DNA of 64,000 nt from Methanobacteriota archaeon (GCA_020696385.1 JAEHCQ010000001.1:288001-352000), one strand, 5' to 3'. Shown: positions 31,986 to 42,495, numbered from the stretch's first letter. The notes: generated by a model not told the origin, from the letters alone. Translations and numbers: made by a program.

Positions 31986-34292
31986 TCACATAAAAGATAT
32001 GACTTCCATTTCCCTTTCCAATATCTTAAGGTCCTGTGGGTCAAGTGTGCCAGGTGTCACAGACATCAGGAATATGGAATCACTTTCTGAAACATCATCT
32101 ATCAATCTTCTAAGGAATCTAAGGACAGCATCAAAACTGCTATTGCTTATGAGATATTCCAGGCCATCTATCAAAAGTATGCCTTTCTTGCCAGTATTCA
32201 GAATATCCTCGATCTTGTAAATGATCCTCTCAAGTGCTGGCTGTATCGTGTCCTCCGTGCTTTCCCTGTCAGTCAACCATAATAATTCCGCTTCGCCAAA
32301 ATCATAATCTCCCTTGAGGCGTCGGGGATTGGTCCTGCTTATACACATACCACCATATCCAAGGTCAAGTGTTTCGACAAATATCTCGAAACATTTTTCG
32401 GGACGATCCTCCTCCACCAAATAGCTTCTGGATATCTTCAAACTCTCTGATTTGGCTGTATTATCAAAGATCTCCGCCTCCTTTTCTTTGGGCTCTTCTT
32501 TGACAGGTTCTATATCTTCATCCTTCAGAACAGATTCCGCAAGGGATACGGTCGGGTTTGTGTTCATCAATTCACAATATGCTATGACCTTGTTCAGGGC
32601 TCCTTCGAGGAGTCTCACATTGCTGGTGTATATCTTGGCGATGAATTTCAATACATCATCCCCGATAACAAAACCAGCAACCTCTGACTTTTGCCTCAAT
32701 ATACTAACCCTGGTTTCAAGATCCGGAGCCTGCATATCAGTCACCAGGCCAGATTCAAAACGCGATACAAGTCTATCCTTTAGACCAGATATTTCTTTCA
32801 ATGGGCAGTCACTGGTCATGACTATCTGCTTATCCTCCTTGTGAAGGGCATTGAAGGTATGGAACAGCTCGTCCTGAACGGCTTCCTGATCTGCAATGAA
32901 TTGTATATCGTCTATCAAAAGAATGTCGAGCTTTCGATATCTGCTTCTGAAGGCCTTCATCTTATTGGATTTGGTAGCCTCGATGAATTCCTGCATGAAC
33001 TTCTCAGTGGTTATATAAAGGACCTTTCTGTCCTCATTATTACTGGCCACGTAATTCCCTATGGCATTGATCATGTGGGTCTTACCCAGGCCAACTCCAC
33101 TGCATATCAATAATGGATTGTAAACTGAAGAATCTGCTTTGGCAACAGCCAGTGAAGCTGCTTGTGAGAATCTGCTATTATCCCCGACAACGAAATTCTC
33201 AAAAGTGAATGTGGATATGAGCCCAGTATCCTTTGTCTTGAGGATATCGTCGAGCTTTCCCTTGTCTGTTTTCGCATTCTTGACAGCTCCGCATATTGGA
33301 CATTCATCAAGGCCACCCATTTCTCCACCACAGATACTGCATATATCCTCAGGTTCTCCGGCAGATGTTCTCTTCTTATTCATGACAATGGGGTCTGGCT
33401 CAGGGGTGGATTTGAATACTGGTTCTATGCTGGGAGCAGGTTTCTCAATTACTGGTTTGTCAGCAACCACAGGTTCTGCTTCCATAACCTGTTCTTTCTC
33501 TGGTTCTATGATCTCAGGTTCCACTGGATCATCCAATAGGTGTATCTTATCACTGAGATCCTCCATAGCGGCCTCTATGGCGGTTATCTTCATTGGATTC
33601 ATGAAAAGAGCCTGGAGCTTTTTCACCTCGGTCCCATGACCGATGGTGTCCATACTTTCCAGATCCCCCTTGAAAAATTCTATCTTCTTTATGTTCTCGG
33701 TGAATTCATCAAATATATGTTTCGCATCTACCATCGAGCCTTCAAGAGCATCCTGAAGGTTGTTCACGATATAACCTTCAGATTTCCATCCCTCCATTCT
33801 ATTTTGAAGGGCTTTCAATTCCTTGCTCGAACCTGTTTTCTTTGGTTCTTCATTATTGGTATCTCCCCACGAGATCCCCACTTTAGCTCGTGGTTTTTTC
33901 TTTGCAGATGGTTTCAGAACAGTGATGGAAGATTCTGGATGGGTAGAGATAAACTCATCCACCTCCAATCTACCTCTAACCTCTATCTCGCATTTATCAT
34001 CATAAGAATCCACCCAGGAAAGCTTGAGGGCCTTCTCGCCCTGCTTTGTTATTTGCAGGTCGGATCCGTCTCTTCTACCATAAACTGCTGCTGCTGGCAC
34101 TCCATTCTTGATTATCAGATATCCCTCAGATATCTGCCCATCTCTCTTCAGCATGCTCTTGACATAGCCCGTGAACTCATATTTCTTGAGCTTGATGAGA
34201 CTTTTCTTTAGAGTATCCTCTCCGCCATGGATGGTTCGGATCAACTTGCCCTCGGGCAGGAAATCATTAGACGTTAACAGCACCTCGCTCAA
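31986..34292 (-). CDS. DnaA-like AAA+ ATPase fusion: DUF2226-like, helical, Zn ribbon, DnaA domain III, DUF835
   Basis: aa 357-591: FTFENFVVG, YNPL..SGVGLGKTH, LLIDDIQF, ELFHTFN, TSD, RLVSRFESGL, PDLETR, SNVRLLEGAL. aa ~620-766: SYLVEE, CISRTNP, LWLT, LLIDGLEYLI, ILERE (DUF835 pattern). No domain IV. Confidence 0.88.
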   Translation of the reverse strand: MSEVLLTSNDFLPEGKLIRTIHGGEDTLKKSLIKLKKYEFTGYVKSMLKRDGQISEGYLIIKNGVPAAAVYGRRDGSDLQITKQGEKALKLSWVDSYDDKCEIEVRGRLEVDEFISTHPESSITVLKPSAKKKPRAKVGISWGDTNNEEPKKTGSSKELKALQNRMEGWKSEGYIVNNLQDALEGSMVDAKHIFDEFTENIKKIEFFKGDLESMDTIGHGTEVKKLQALFMNPMKITAIEAAMEDLSDKIHLLDDPVEPEIIEPEKEQVMEAEPVVADKPVIEKPAPSIEPVFKSTPEPDPIVMNKKRTSAGEPEDICSICGGEMGGLDECPICGAVKNAKTDKGKLDDILKTKDTGLISTFTFENFVVGDNSRFSQAASLAVAKADSSVYNPLLICSGVGLGKTHMINAIGNYVASNNEDRKVLYITTEKFMQEFIEATKSNKMKAFRSRYRKLDILLIDDIQFIADQEAVQDELFHTFNALHKEDKQIVMTSDCPLKEISGLKDRLVSRFESGLVTDMQAPDLETRVSILRQKSEVAGFVIGDDVLKFIAKIYTSNVRLLEGALNKVIAYCELMNTNPTVSLAESVLKDEDIEPVKEEPKEKEAEIFDNTAKSESLKISRSYLVEEDRPEKCFEIFVETLDLGYGGMCISRTNPRRLKGDYDFGEAELLWLTDRESTEDTIQPALERIIYKIEDILNTGKKGILLIDGLEYLISNSSFDAVLRFLRRLIDDVSESDSIFLMSVTPGTLDPQDLKILEREMEVISFM

Positions 34293-34383
34293 TGTACATC
34301 ATGCTTCTTATTTAAATAATTATAATATGGATGAGCATCCATTAGACCATAAATTACTGATATCATAGCTTATTCCATCAATA

Positions 34384-35184
34384 TCAGCCATACATATGCT
34401 GTGATACATCAGACACTGCTGGAGGTCGGGTAAGAGCTGGCTGTGCTTGCTTGACAGCCTTCTTGAGCTGACTTTCGAGAAGCTCTGCTTCATCGATAAG
34501 TGGCTGAGGATCTAGTTTGATCTTTGGCAGGAAATGGTCAAGAGACACTATCAGTCGAGCCGCAGCTCTGGCATCCGGGTAATCTGAATGAGCGTCGGCC
34601 AATAGACATATGACATCTCCACCCAGTCTTTCTGCCTCATACAGCAATACACCGGAAATACCGGTTATCACACCATTTTCAAGTGGTGTGAGACTTTTCA
34701 GGCCTTTTAATATCTCACGACTGGCATTCGAACTTGCAACACCGTAGGTATTACCATCATTATTGTCAGGGACACCATCCACCGTACTGGCCTTCGTGTT
34801 CACTATGCCTTCCACAGATATGATCTGCTTGATGCCCACTTTATCGGACCATTCGATTATATTATCAACAAGGGGCTTCATTAATTCGGTAGGGGGTGGA
34901 AATTCAGATGTCAGAACGACCACCTTGCTGCAGATATTACCATCCTCACACATAGGCTTTCCAGCATATATCCTAAGAGGAGGCATTGGAATAGAGTCTG
35001 TTACTATCGCAGTTGGATAGAAATGTCTGGATGAGACAGATCCCACATAATCAAGCTTGAGGATCTTTATCAGATAATTGGAAACAATAGTGCTGACCAT
35101 TCCAACACTCGGGAAACCTTCGATCAGTACCGCACCTTTCATATCGAATTCTTTTCTATTTATGATCTTTATATCATCTTCCAA
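34384..35184 (-). CDS. PAC2 family proteasome assembly chaperone
   Basis: EGFPSVGMVSTI, PPLRIY, GVITGISGVLL, YPDARAAA and terminal HbYX-like MYG. TTG 35184 after GGTGA is preferred; track start is 35265. Confidence 0.88.
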   Translation of the reverse strand: MEDDIKIINRKEFDMKGAVLIEGFPSVGMVSTIVSNYLIKILKLDYVGSVSSRHFYPTAIVTDSIPMPPLRIYAGKPMCEDGNICSKVVVLTSEFPPPTELMKPLVDNIIEWSDKVGIKQIISVEGIVNTKASTVDGVPDNNDGNTYGVASSNASREILKGLKSLTPLENGVITGISGVLLYEAERLGGDVICLLADAHSDYPDARAAARLIVSLDHFLPKIKLDPQPLIDEAELLESQLKKAVKQAQPALTRPPAVSDVSQHMYG

Positions 35185-35331
35185 AATATCACCACGCCAG
35201 GATATTGATTTCAGATACTTAATTCTGATGACATGAAGATTATCATCATAATATGGGTCAAGCACATGAAATTAGGGATAGAAAAGATACCAATCTTTAT
35301 CTACATGATGTCAATAAGACCATGATACAGG

Positions 35332-36222
35332 ATGGTGAGTGAATTGTCCGATGTTCAGAGCCAATTACTAAGAGGAAGTTTCAAGCTAACAAGAGTGGGC
35401 GTCACAGACGTCAAGAAACCTGTGATAATAAAGAGAGATAACAAGGAAGTGATGCTAGCCGCCAGCTTCGATATTTTTGTCGATCTCCCGGCCGAATTGA
35501 AGGGGTCTCATCTTTCCAGGAATCTAGAGGTTCTCTCCCGGGTATTGGATGAGAGCGTGAGGGATCATGCTGACAGCCTGGAAATACTGGCTGCAAAGAT
35601 ATGTTCCGAGCTTCTGGTCAGGCATGAATATGCAACCTGTTCCGAGGTGAACATCACAGCGGATTATTTCATGGAAAGAGAAGTGAATGGAGGTGCCAGT
35701 AGCCTGGAATCTTATCTTCTCAAGGCAACTGCCATAAGCTTCCGAAATGGTGAATCCAACAAATCCATAGGTGTGGAGGTCATCGGTATGACAGCCTGCC
35801 CATGTGCGATGGAAGAAGTGAGAGACAGATACCTTTCTCGCTACCCGGAGAGTGAGGAATTGCTTAGAGCAATTCCAATCATCACCCATAATCAGAGAAA
35901 TATCAGTAGTCTGGAGATAGATGTTCCGGTGAACTTCGATGTTGAAGCCGAGGATCTCATAAACATCCTCGAAGATTCATTAAGTAGCCCAACCAGAGAG
36001 ATATTGAAAAGAAAGCATGAGGCTGATATTGTCGAAAAATCTCATGCCAATCCAAAATTCGTGGAAGATGTCGTTAGAGACATACTCAGCGCGGTACTGG
36101 ATAAATATCAGGATATGCCAGACAATGTGAAGATAATGGCAAAGAGTGAAAGTCAGGAATCCATACACAAGCACAATGCATTTGCCGAAAGGGTCACAAC
36201 ATTGGGAGAGCTCAAAGCATGA
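35332..36222 (+). CDS. mptA: GTP cyclohydrolase MptA (FolE2/GCH-IB family)
   Basis: KGSHLSR, GMTACPCA, THNQR, NPKFVEDVVR and ESIHKHNA motifs. Confidence 0.9.
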   Translation: MVSELSDVQSQLLRGSFKLTRVGVTDVKKPVIIKRDNKEVMLAASFDIFVDLPAELKGSHLSRNLEVLSRVLDESVRDHADSLEILAAKICSELLVRHEYATCSEVNITADYFMEREVNGGASSLESYLLKATAISFRNGESNKSIGVEVIGMTACPCAMEEVRDRYLSRYPESEELLRAIPIITHNQRNISSLEIDVPVNFDVEAEDLINILEDSLSSPTREILKRKHEADIVEKSHANPKFVEDVVRDILSAVLDKYQDMPDNVKIMAKSESQESIHKHNAFAERVTTLGELKA

Positions 36223-36356
36223 AGCTCATGGGAGTATGTCATTTTTGTGGAAAGCCTGCGATGACAAGCTGTTCCTTATGCGGAAAAATATCCTGCAAGA
36301 GTTGTCTGGATTCACTCACAGGCGGATGCAGGAGTTGCACCAGCGGAAAAGAATGA
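36219..36356 (+). CDS. 45-aa zinc-finger microprotein (4 CxxC), absent from the ORF track
   Basis: MKLMGVCHFCGKPAMTSCSLCGKISCKSCLDSLTGGCRSCTSGKE; ATGA overlap with the mptA stop. Confidence 0.8.
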   Translation: MKLMGVCHFCGKPAMTSCSLCGKISCKSCLDSLTGGCRSCTSGKE

Positions 36357-36398
36357 GCTGAAGCTGGTAGCTTTAAAAATGTCAGATTAATAGAATAT

Positions 36399-36893
36399 CT
36401 AATCTGAGAGAAGTTCCATTGCTTCTTTCTCATCCATGTTCAGAGCTTTTAACATGTATGTCAAAGATTTCTTCTTTATCATACGTGTCGTGGTCTCATC
36501 AAGGAACTTTTCCATGGCGATCGGAGCCCTTGTGAAATAGCCCATTGCGAACTCGGAGAAATACAGGCCAGCATTTTCCTCATCTATCTCAGTGGCCTTG
36601 TTATAATATTCCTCGGCCTCATTGAAGCGTCCCATATCATTGCAGAAAGATGCGAGAGAAGTGACATAATAAACCTCTTCAGGGTCCAGCTCAGCAGCTT
36701 TCAGGTAGAGTTCCTGTATCTCCTCGGGCTTCACCTTGTGTACTCCCAGAGAAGCTTCAGCCTTACCGAAGTAAGCCCTTGCATTCTTCGGATCTTTTTT
36801 AATGATGTCATTGAACTTCTTTCTGGCTTTTTCATGTTCAAATTCCGCTAGTAGTATGTCCGCTTTGACCAGTTCGTCTTCAATGGTTGCCAT
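36399..36893 (-). CDS. Tetratricopeptide repeat protein
   Basis: DPKNARAYFGKA, YLKAAELDP and GRFNEAEEYYNKA TPR patterns. Confidence 0.85.
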   Translation of the reverse strand: MATIEDELVKADILLAEFEHEKARKKFNDIIKKDPKNARAYFGKAEASLGVHKVKPEEIQELYLKAAELDPEEVYYVTSLASFCNDMGRFNEAEEYYNKATEIDEENAGLYFSEFAMGYFTRAPIAMEKFLDETTTRMIKKKSLTYMLKALNMDEKEAMELLSD

Positions 36894-37129
36894 GATATAT
36901 CTCCATTGTTATATTGACAGGGCATTTAAAAAAGATTTTGGGATAGCTTTATAATCTAATACTTTAAATTGTCATAATGAGCTTGTGTGCCCAGGTTGCG
37001 CATGACCATGTTTTTCATCAAATATTCTATCAGTATATTGTCCACTGCCAGACATCGATTGTCTCGTATGTCAATTGCCGATTTTCAATAGCAATTTGAA
37101 TTATCTCACTTAAATCCGAATTATCCGAT

Positions 37130-40100
37130 TCAATATTCGGGAGGTATGACCTCTTCAGGTGAGACCGGAGGAGCTCCCTCTGGAGACATAGGAGGTGCAT
37201 CCTCAGGTGGCATTGAAGTACCATCTGCAGGCTGAGCGACGAATGCCGGCGGTGGTGGAGGAGGTGGTTGTTGGTACTGTTGCTGTGGTGGCTGATTGTT
37301 CTTTTTCACTATTATGACGATGATCAATAAGATGACCATTGCCAGAATTATCAACAATATCCACCACCAGTTCGAAGCACCATTATCGACATCGAGTTCG
37401 ATGGGATCCAGATCATTGGTCTGGCCATCTGAGACCGTGACAGGAATGGTGGTATCGTAATCTCCCTTAGATACCAGAAGATCATGGGTACCAACAGGAA
37501 CATCTAGCAGCTCGAACTCACCATTTTCATCGGTGATCTGTGAATATGTATCGCCATCCACTACGACCTGTACTAGGGCTCCCTCGATAGGGGTGCCATC
37601 AGCATCAATGATCTGGCCTCCGATATCGCCAGTTGGTGGAATGGGTTCATCTTCGGTGGTAAAAGCCCCGATCATATCATTATCCATCTTGTTACCTATC
37701 AGATCTCTGACCGCGCCCTCGAACATCACATTGTATTCCGTACCATAGGACAGCGAGTGATCTGGTGTGAAAGCGACCCTTGAGCCATCGGCATCCCAGA
37801 TGAAGGTTCCTGTGATCGTGTCATCCTCGACAAATACTTCACCATTTTTCCTGTATATCCTCATGCCAGCTTCCACACTGTCACGATCCATTTCTTCATT
37901 GAAAGTGAATGCGATATCGGTATCGACCGAAATATCATCTCCGGATGGAGCTATGGTGACCATGGGGGACTTGGTATCCCAGATCAGAGTGAATTCATCA
38001 TAAGCACTGTTACCCGCAAGGTCAAAGACAGTTAGCCTAATGACAAAGGTACCATCTATGTCGGATCTTATCGTGGTCTTATTATCATCATTAGATCCGA
38101 AATCGATATGATTGGCAAAGCCACTTTCTGTTGTCCAGGAATAGTAATCGATCCCACTGCCATGTTCTATGACCGTACTGAATTGTGTGAACTGCTTGTT
38201 CTCGGTCCTATTGGGTCCTATGTCGATAAATGGGATAACAGTATCCCAAACAAGTATGAAGGAATCAGTGGCATTGTTCCCTTCGAAATCATAGGCCAAG
38301 AAACTTATCTCGTATGTACCATCGATATCAGCTTCCATCTGGGTATACATATTATATGGATCCCAAAAGCTGATGGAACCAGGACCAGATACCTGTGCCC
38401 ATTCATATCCATCAACACCAGATTCTGTATCAATGGCTACACCATATTGTGTAAAAGCCGAGCTCTCCCATCTGTCAGGACCAGCTTCAACATCAGGTGG
38501 TGTCGAGTCCGGGACAAAGGTTGTGAAACTCCATGTATGAGTTGGAGGTGAATTTCCATAGATATTTGTGCCCCCACTTACCCGCATGCCGATCGTCTCG
38601 GCATATGTCCAATCACTGTGGGTCCAGGTAGCAGTATCAGACACTACATTGGTGGTGGACCAGCCCGAGAATGACCAGCCACCTGGATCAGTACCTGAGG
38701 TCTGTACCAATGCAGGATTCGAACCTGTGTTCATAGTCCCATCATATACGACACTGACACTCTGGTCAATAGCAATTCCAGCGGAGCCGCTAGCTGGGGT
38801 AGTGGATATCACCTCTGGAATTGGATGTCCAACATAGACATCGTCAATATGCCAGTAATCCATACCAGCACCGCTACCACCAGTCTGTGAGAATCTGAGT
38901 TGGAAAGATGAGTGTATGGCATCAGCAGAAAGGAGATAAGTACGATCATACGTCGCCCCCTCGGATGCTCCACCGAAGAATGTCTCCAGCCATACCCATG
39001 TTCCAATATCATTCATATAATACAGTTCAAGGTCTTCGCCGCCATCGGGGTTCTCACTGAAAATACCACTGCCTTCCTGTATCCAACATTCTACTTCCAC
39101 TATTGAAAGGCCGGATGTGTCAATGAACCAGGAATCCACATTTACCAATCCACCTGACGTGTACATTGACCATGATCCAGAGTTCGAGATCTGGGTTCCA
39201 ACTCCTGAGAATGTGGGATTATCCGATGTCCAGTTCAAACCAGTGCTACCACCGAATACACCGAACTCAAAGTCATCAAGCCATGGAGCTGTGAAAAATA
39301 CGTCTGTGGTTATCTGTGCCGTATCCAATCTCATGGAATCATTCTGAGAGATAATAGTTATGAGAGAAGTGTTTGAATCACCTGGAATCGCACCCCCTGG
39401 AATAGTAACACGGACAATTACCTGGACTGATGCATTGACCGGTACCATGACATTGGATATGTCCATGGTATCTGCCGCGTTCCTGAGAGTCACTGGCCAT
39501 GTACTTCCAGATACTGAAAGATTGTATGTGTCATTTAATAATCCAGTATTTGTGATCGTTATAGTGTAATCCAATACGCCACCTGCCGAAGATGCGTCAG
39601 TTTGGTAACTGGGGGATACATCCAATCGGTATGGTGGTGTGACATTACCATTGAGAAGCCAGTATATGATATCATCCAGAAGCACAGCCCTATCACCTGT
39701 GCTATCATCAACAGCAGTCAGATCAAAGGCCGTGTATACCACCCTGTAAGTTCCTGTATCCGCCCTGGTCGCGATATTTGCAGTGGATGTGGTAGTGAAT
39801 ATTGTATGACCATCATTTATAGGATCATTATCTGTCCTGTATGCCCATATACCTGGATTGACAGTACCTTGATCCCCAAGGTATGTGTCATTATCCGTGA
39901 TGATGTCTCCTGGAACACCATTTATAGTGAAAGGGGAAGCTGTGTTTCCCTCAAAAGCAAGGTAATTCGAATGCAGATAGGTATTGTACCAGGGTGTCCA
40001 CGTAGCTCCATTAACAGAATCATAACCTGCCAGACAACTGGATAAATACAATTTACCACCAGCATCCAGATATGTTCCGATATTGGCTCTATCGGTCGGA

Positions 40101-41659
40101 CTGAAAGTTCCGTCATTTGGGGATACCGCACTATCATCATAGGAATTACCTGTTGCCCAGATAATTATCTCATAGACGAGTAAGTCAGCCGCAGATGGAA
40201 CTCCATCGACCGCGTATTCCCACACATCGTAGGAATAACCTGTCGAATCCAATGCAGCCATTATCTCGACCTCCGTATTTAGGCTAGTGATCGCACCACC
40301 ATCATCATCCACATACAGTATCATTCCAGGAACAATCGTCATGATCATTTCCATATCAGATATAGTACTGTTACCCTGAGAAGTGGCTGTTATATTGGCA
40401 TAGTCTATATCTCCTTTAGCTGCCGCGCCCGGTATGTTCACGCGAGCGATGAATTGTGAATTATTACCAGCAGATATGGAAATAGTGGTTATATTTATTG
40501 TATCGCCGGCATCGCGGAATATCACTGGCCATGAATTATTCTGCGCAGATAGATCATAGGTATCATTGCTCGACCCATTGTTCCATATTATGAATCCATA
40601 ATCTGCAGAGGCACCAGGACTTTCCCGTTGAATGGTTGATGTAACCGGAGTCATATCGAAATCATAAGGAGGCAATGCCTGTGTCTGTATCTGGACCATA
40701 TCAGAATCAGTAGTATTACCCTGTGATGTGGCTGTTATGAACGCTGCATCCACTTGCCAGGACGTAGCTCCACCTGGGATGCTCACACGGGCAATGAAGC
40801 TGCCAGTGCTTCCATTTGTTATAAAAATATTAGATATATTAGTGGTGTCGCCAATGTCCCTGAATATTACAGGCCATGCGTTTCCACCTACTGAAAGATT
40901 ATAAGTGTCATTGCTTGTGCCGATATTATCGATGCTGAGAATATGATCCACATCTGATCCTGGACCACCGGCAGCACTTTGGAGATCGGGGTATAGATCC
41001 AAGGAAAAGGCAGGAGGTGGCCCTACATATACATCGTCTATATGCCAGTAATCAAAACTTCCCCCACTTCCACCTGTTTGGTAGAATCTTATTTGGAAAT
41101 TTGAATGGCAGGCATCTAATGGCAATATATGATCCACATTATAGACAGTACCAGGAGCGTCCACATTGCCAAAGAAAGTATCCAGCAAGACCCATGAAGA
41201 TACATTGTTAAGATAATATATTTCAATATTCTCGGTAAGTGTATCTGGAGCTTCGCTTCCCCCAAAGGCCCCTCCTTTACGAATGTAGCAGCTGAATGAG
41301 ATGTTGAGATAGGCACTCGTATCTATACTGGAAGAATTCAATGTAACTGTTCCACCCTGTGTGTACATGGAGTAAATGCCTGACTGGGATGTTGATGTAT
41401 CCACACCATAAGTTCCTGTGCCAAGTACACCGGTCCAGTTGAACCCCGTACTTCCACCGAAGTTACCGGTTTCAAAATCATCCAGCCAAGGAATAGGAAA
41501 AGCCATAGGGGATCCGGCATTACCATTGTCTTGAGAAATCGTATTGCCTGAATATCCCGCCATGATAGGTCCCGCGCTCATGAGGAGCAATAACCCTACC
41601 AGTAGAACCGAAATCATTCCCCTAACTTGCCCACTTTTCATATTATCGAATGAACTCAT
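37130..41659 (-). CDS. Large membrane-anchored surface protein with repeated beta-sandwich and Ig-like modules
   Basis: Signal peptide; 2x PWLDDFE...YWHIDDVYVG; 3x NDTY.LS...WPV..R modules; PKD-like, Big_5-like and carboxypeptidase-regulatory-like modules; C-terminal TM helix and P/Q-rich tail. Confidence 0.82.
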   Translation of the reverse strand: MSSFDNMKSGQVRGMISVLLVGLLLLMSAGPIMAGYSGNTISQDNGNAGSPMAFPIPWLDDFETGNFGGSTGFNWTGVLGTGTYGVDTSTSQSGIYSMYTQGGTVTLNSSSIDTSAYLNISFSCYIRKGGAFGGSEAPDTLTENIEIYYLNNVSSWVLLDTFFGNVDAPGTVYNVDHILPLDACHSNFQIRFYQTGGSGGSFDYWHIDDVYVGPPPAFSLDLYPDLQSAAGGPGSDVDHILSIDNIGTSNDTYNLSVGGNAWPVIFRDIGDTTNISNIFITNGSTGSFIARVSIPGGATSWQVDAAFITATSQGNTTDSDMVQIQTQALPPYDFDMTPVTSTIQRESPGASADYGFIIWNNGSSNDTYDLSAQNNSWPVIFRDAGDTINITTISISAGNNSQFIARVNIPGAAAKGDIDYANITATSQGNSTISDMEMIMTIVPGMILYVDDDGGAITSLNTEVEIMAALDSTGYSYDVWEYAVDGVPSAADLLVYEIIIWATGNSYDDSAVSPNDGTFSPTDRANIGTYLDAGGKLYLSSCLAGYDSVNGATWTPWYNTYLHSNYLAFEGNTASPFTINGVPGDIITDNDTYLGDQGTVNPGIWAYRTDNDPINDGHTIFTTTSTANIATRADTGTYRVVYTAFDLTAVDDSTGDRAVLLDDIIYWLLNGNVTPPYRLDVSPSYQTDASSAGGVLDYTITITNTGLLNDTYNLSVSGSTWPVTLRNAADTMDISNVMVPVNASVQVIVRVTIPGGAIPGDSNTSLITIISQNDSMRLDTAQITTDVFFTAPWLDDFEFGVFGGSTGLNWTSDNPTFSGVGTQISNSGSWSMYTSGGLVNVDSWFIDTSGLSIVEVECWIQEGSGIFSENPDGGEDLELYYMNDIGTWVWLETFFGGASEGATYDRTYLLSADAIHSSFQLRFSQTGGSGAGMDYWHIDDVYVGHPIPEVISTTPASGSAGIAIDQSVSVVYDGTMNTGSNPALVQTSGTDPGGWSFSGWSTTNVVSDTATWTHSDWTYAETIGMRVSGGTNIYGNSPPTHTWSFTTFVPDSTPPDVEAGPDRWESSAFTQYGVAIDTESGVDGYEWAQVSGPGSISFWDPYNMYTQMEADIDGTYEISFLAYDFEGNNATDSFILVWDTVIPFIDIGPNRTENKQFTQFSTVIEHGSGIDYYSWTTESGFANHIDFGSNDDNKTTIRSDIDGTFVIRLTVFDLAGNSAYDEFTLIWDTKSPMVTIAPSGDDISVDTDIAFTFNEEMDRDSVEAGMRIYRKNGEVFVEDDTITGTFIWDADGSRVAFTPDHSLSYGTEYNVMFEGAVRDLIGNKMDNDMIGAFTTEDEPIPPTGDIGGQIIDADGTPIEGALVQVVVDGDTYSQITDENGEFELLDVPVGTHDLLVSKGDYDTTIPVTVSDGQTNDLDPIELDVDNGASNWWWILLIILAMVILLIIVIIVKKNNQPPQQQYQQPPPPPPPAFVAQPADGTSMPPEDAPPMSPEGAPPVSPEEVIPPEY

Positions 41660-41740
41660 CTGTATCTCTCCATTATGGATATATCTTGATTGGTATCGTT
41701 GACTATATAATTGACTACTTATTTAAAAAATCGTACAAGA

Positions 41741-42241
41741 TCATTCCTGGTAAAAAGTAATGGTCTTCACATCACTAACTGTTTTGATCTTCTCTATGAT
41801 CTTCGCTGGGATCGGAGTATCGGTTATGATATAGAGCAAGCCAGCAGAAGTAGCAGGGCATTGTGCCTGTCTAATAGAAATACCGCCTTCGCCGATTATG
41901 CTGGTGATCTCACCCATGGTCCCTGGCTTTCCAGTATAACAGATATCCAATCCAATAACACCCCAACCCATGTTCAGAGCCATATTGGCAAGATTACATG
42001 TAGGACTCAATTTAGAATATATCTCGTACAATCGTGGATTGTCATTGATGGTCTTGACAGTGGATGTCACCACTCTCTTGTCCTTATCAAGCGCGGTGGC
42101 CAACTGAGAATGTGACATGGCGACCTTGTCGAAATATAATTTCATCTTATCGACCTTTATGCCAGTTTCCAGCATGTACTTTGCCACAATAGCCTGCGAT
42201 GGCAAGCGGGAAAATTCATCCTCTATCTTTCTCCACATCAT
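41741..42241 (-). CDS. ACT-domain regulator of amino acid metabolism (COG2150-like)
   Basis: PSQ..VA..ML..G N-terminus and C-terminal ACT pattern PG.MG.I...I...GISIRQ, LYIIT. Confidence 0.8.
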   Translation of the reverse strand: MMWRKIEDEFSRLPSQAIVAKYMLETGIKVDKMKLYFDKVAMSHSQLATALDKDKRVVTSTVKTINDNPRLYEIYSKLSPTCNLANMALNMGWGVIGLDICYTGKPGTMGEITSIIGEGGISIRQAQCPATSAGLLYIITDTPIPAKIIEKIKTVSDVKTITFYQE

Positions 42242-42495
42242 ATGATGAAACAGGATGATGATATATAGGGATTTCTGTTGATCTTAAAATATGGTAACAA
42301 CTAGGCATAAATAATATACCATATCATTGAATCGAGTTGAATAAGTAATAGATAAAACATAACAAAATATTAATTCATTGTGCTAGATTATTGCAATAAA
42401 TGTTATATATATTAACTATATTAATATGTGCTAACATCTAACATTAATGTATCAAAATAGTACAATTGAAGTTAGAGACAAAGAGGAGGAATAAG

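Noticed and set aside
31919-34383. Canonical dnaA/oriC locus or bacterial contamination
   Set aside because: No domain IV, no dnaN/gyrB/rpmH neighbours and no TTATCCACA boxes seen in the flanks. Neighbours (PAC2, mptA) and the fused DUF835 are archaeal.
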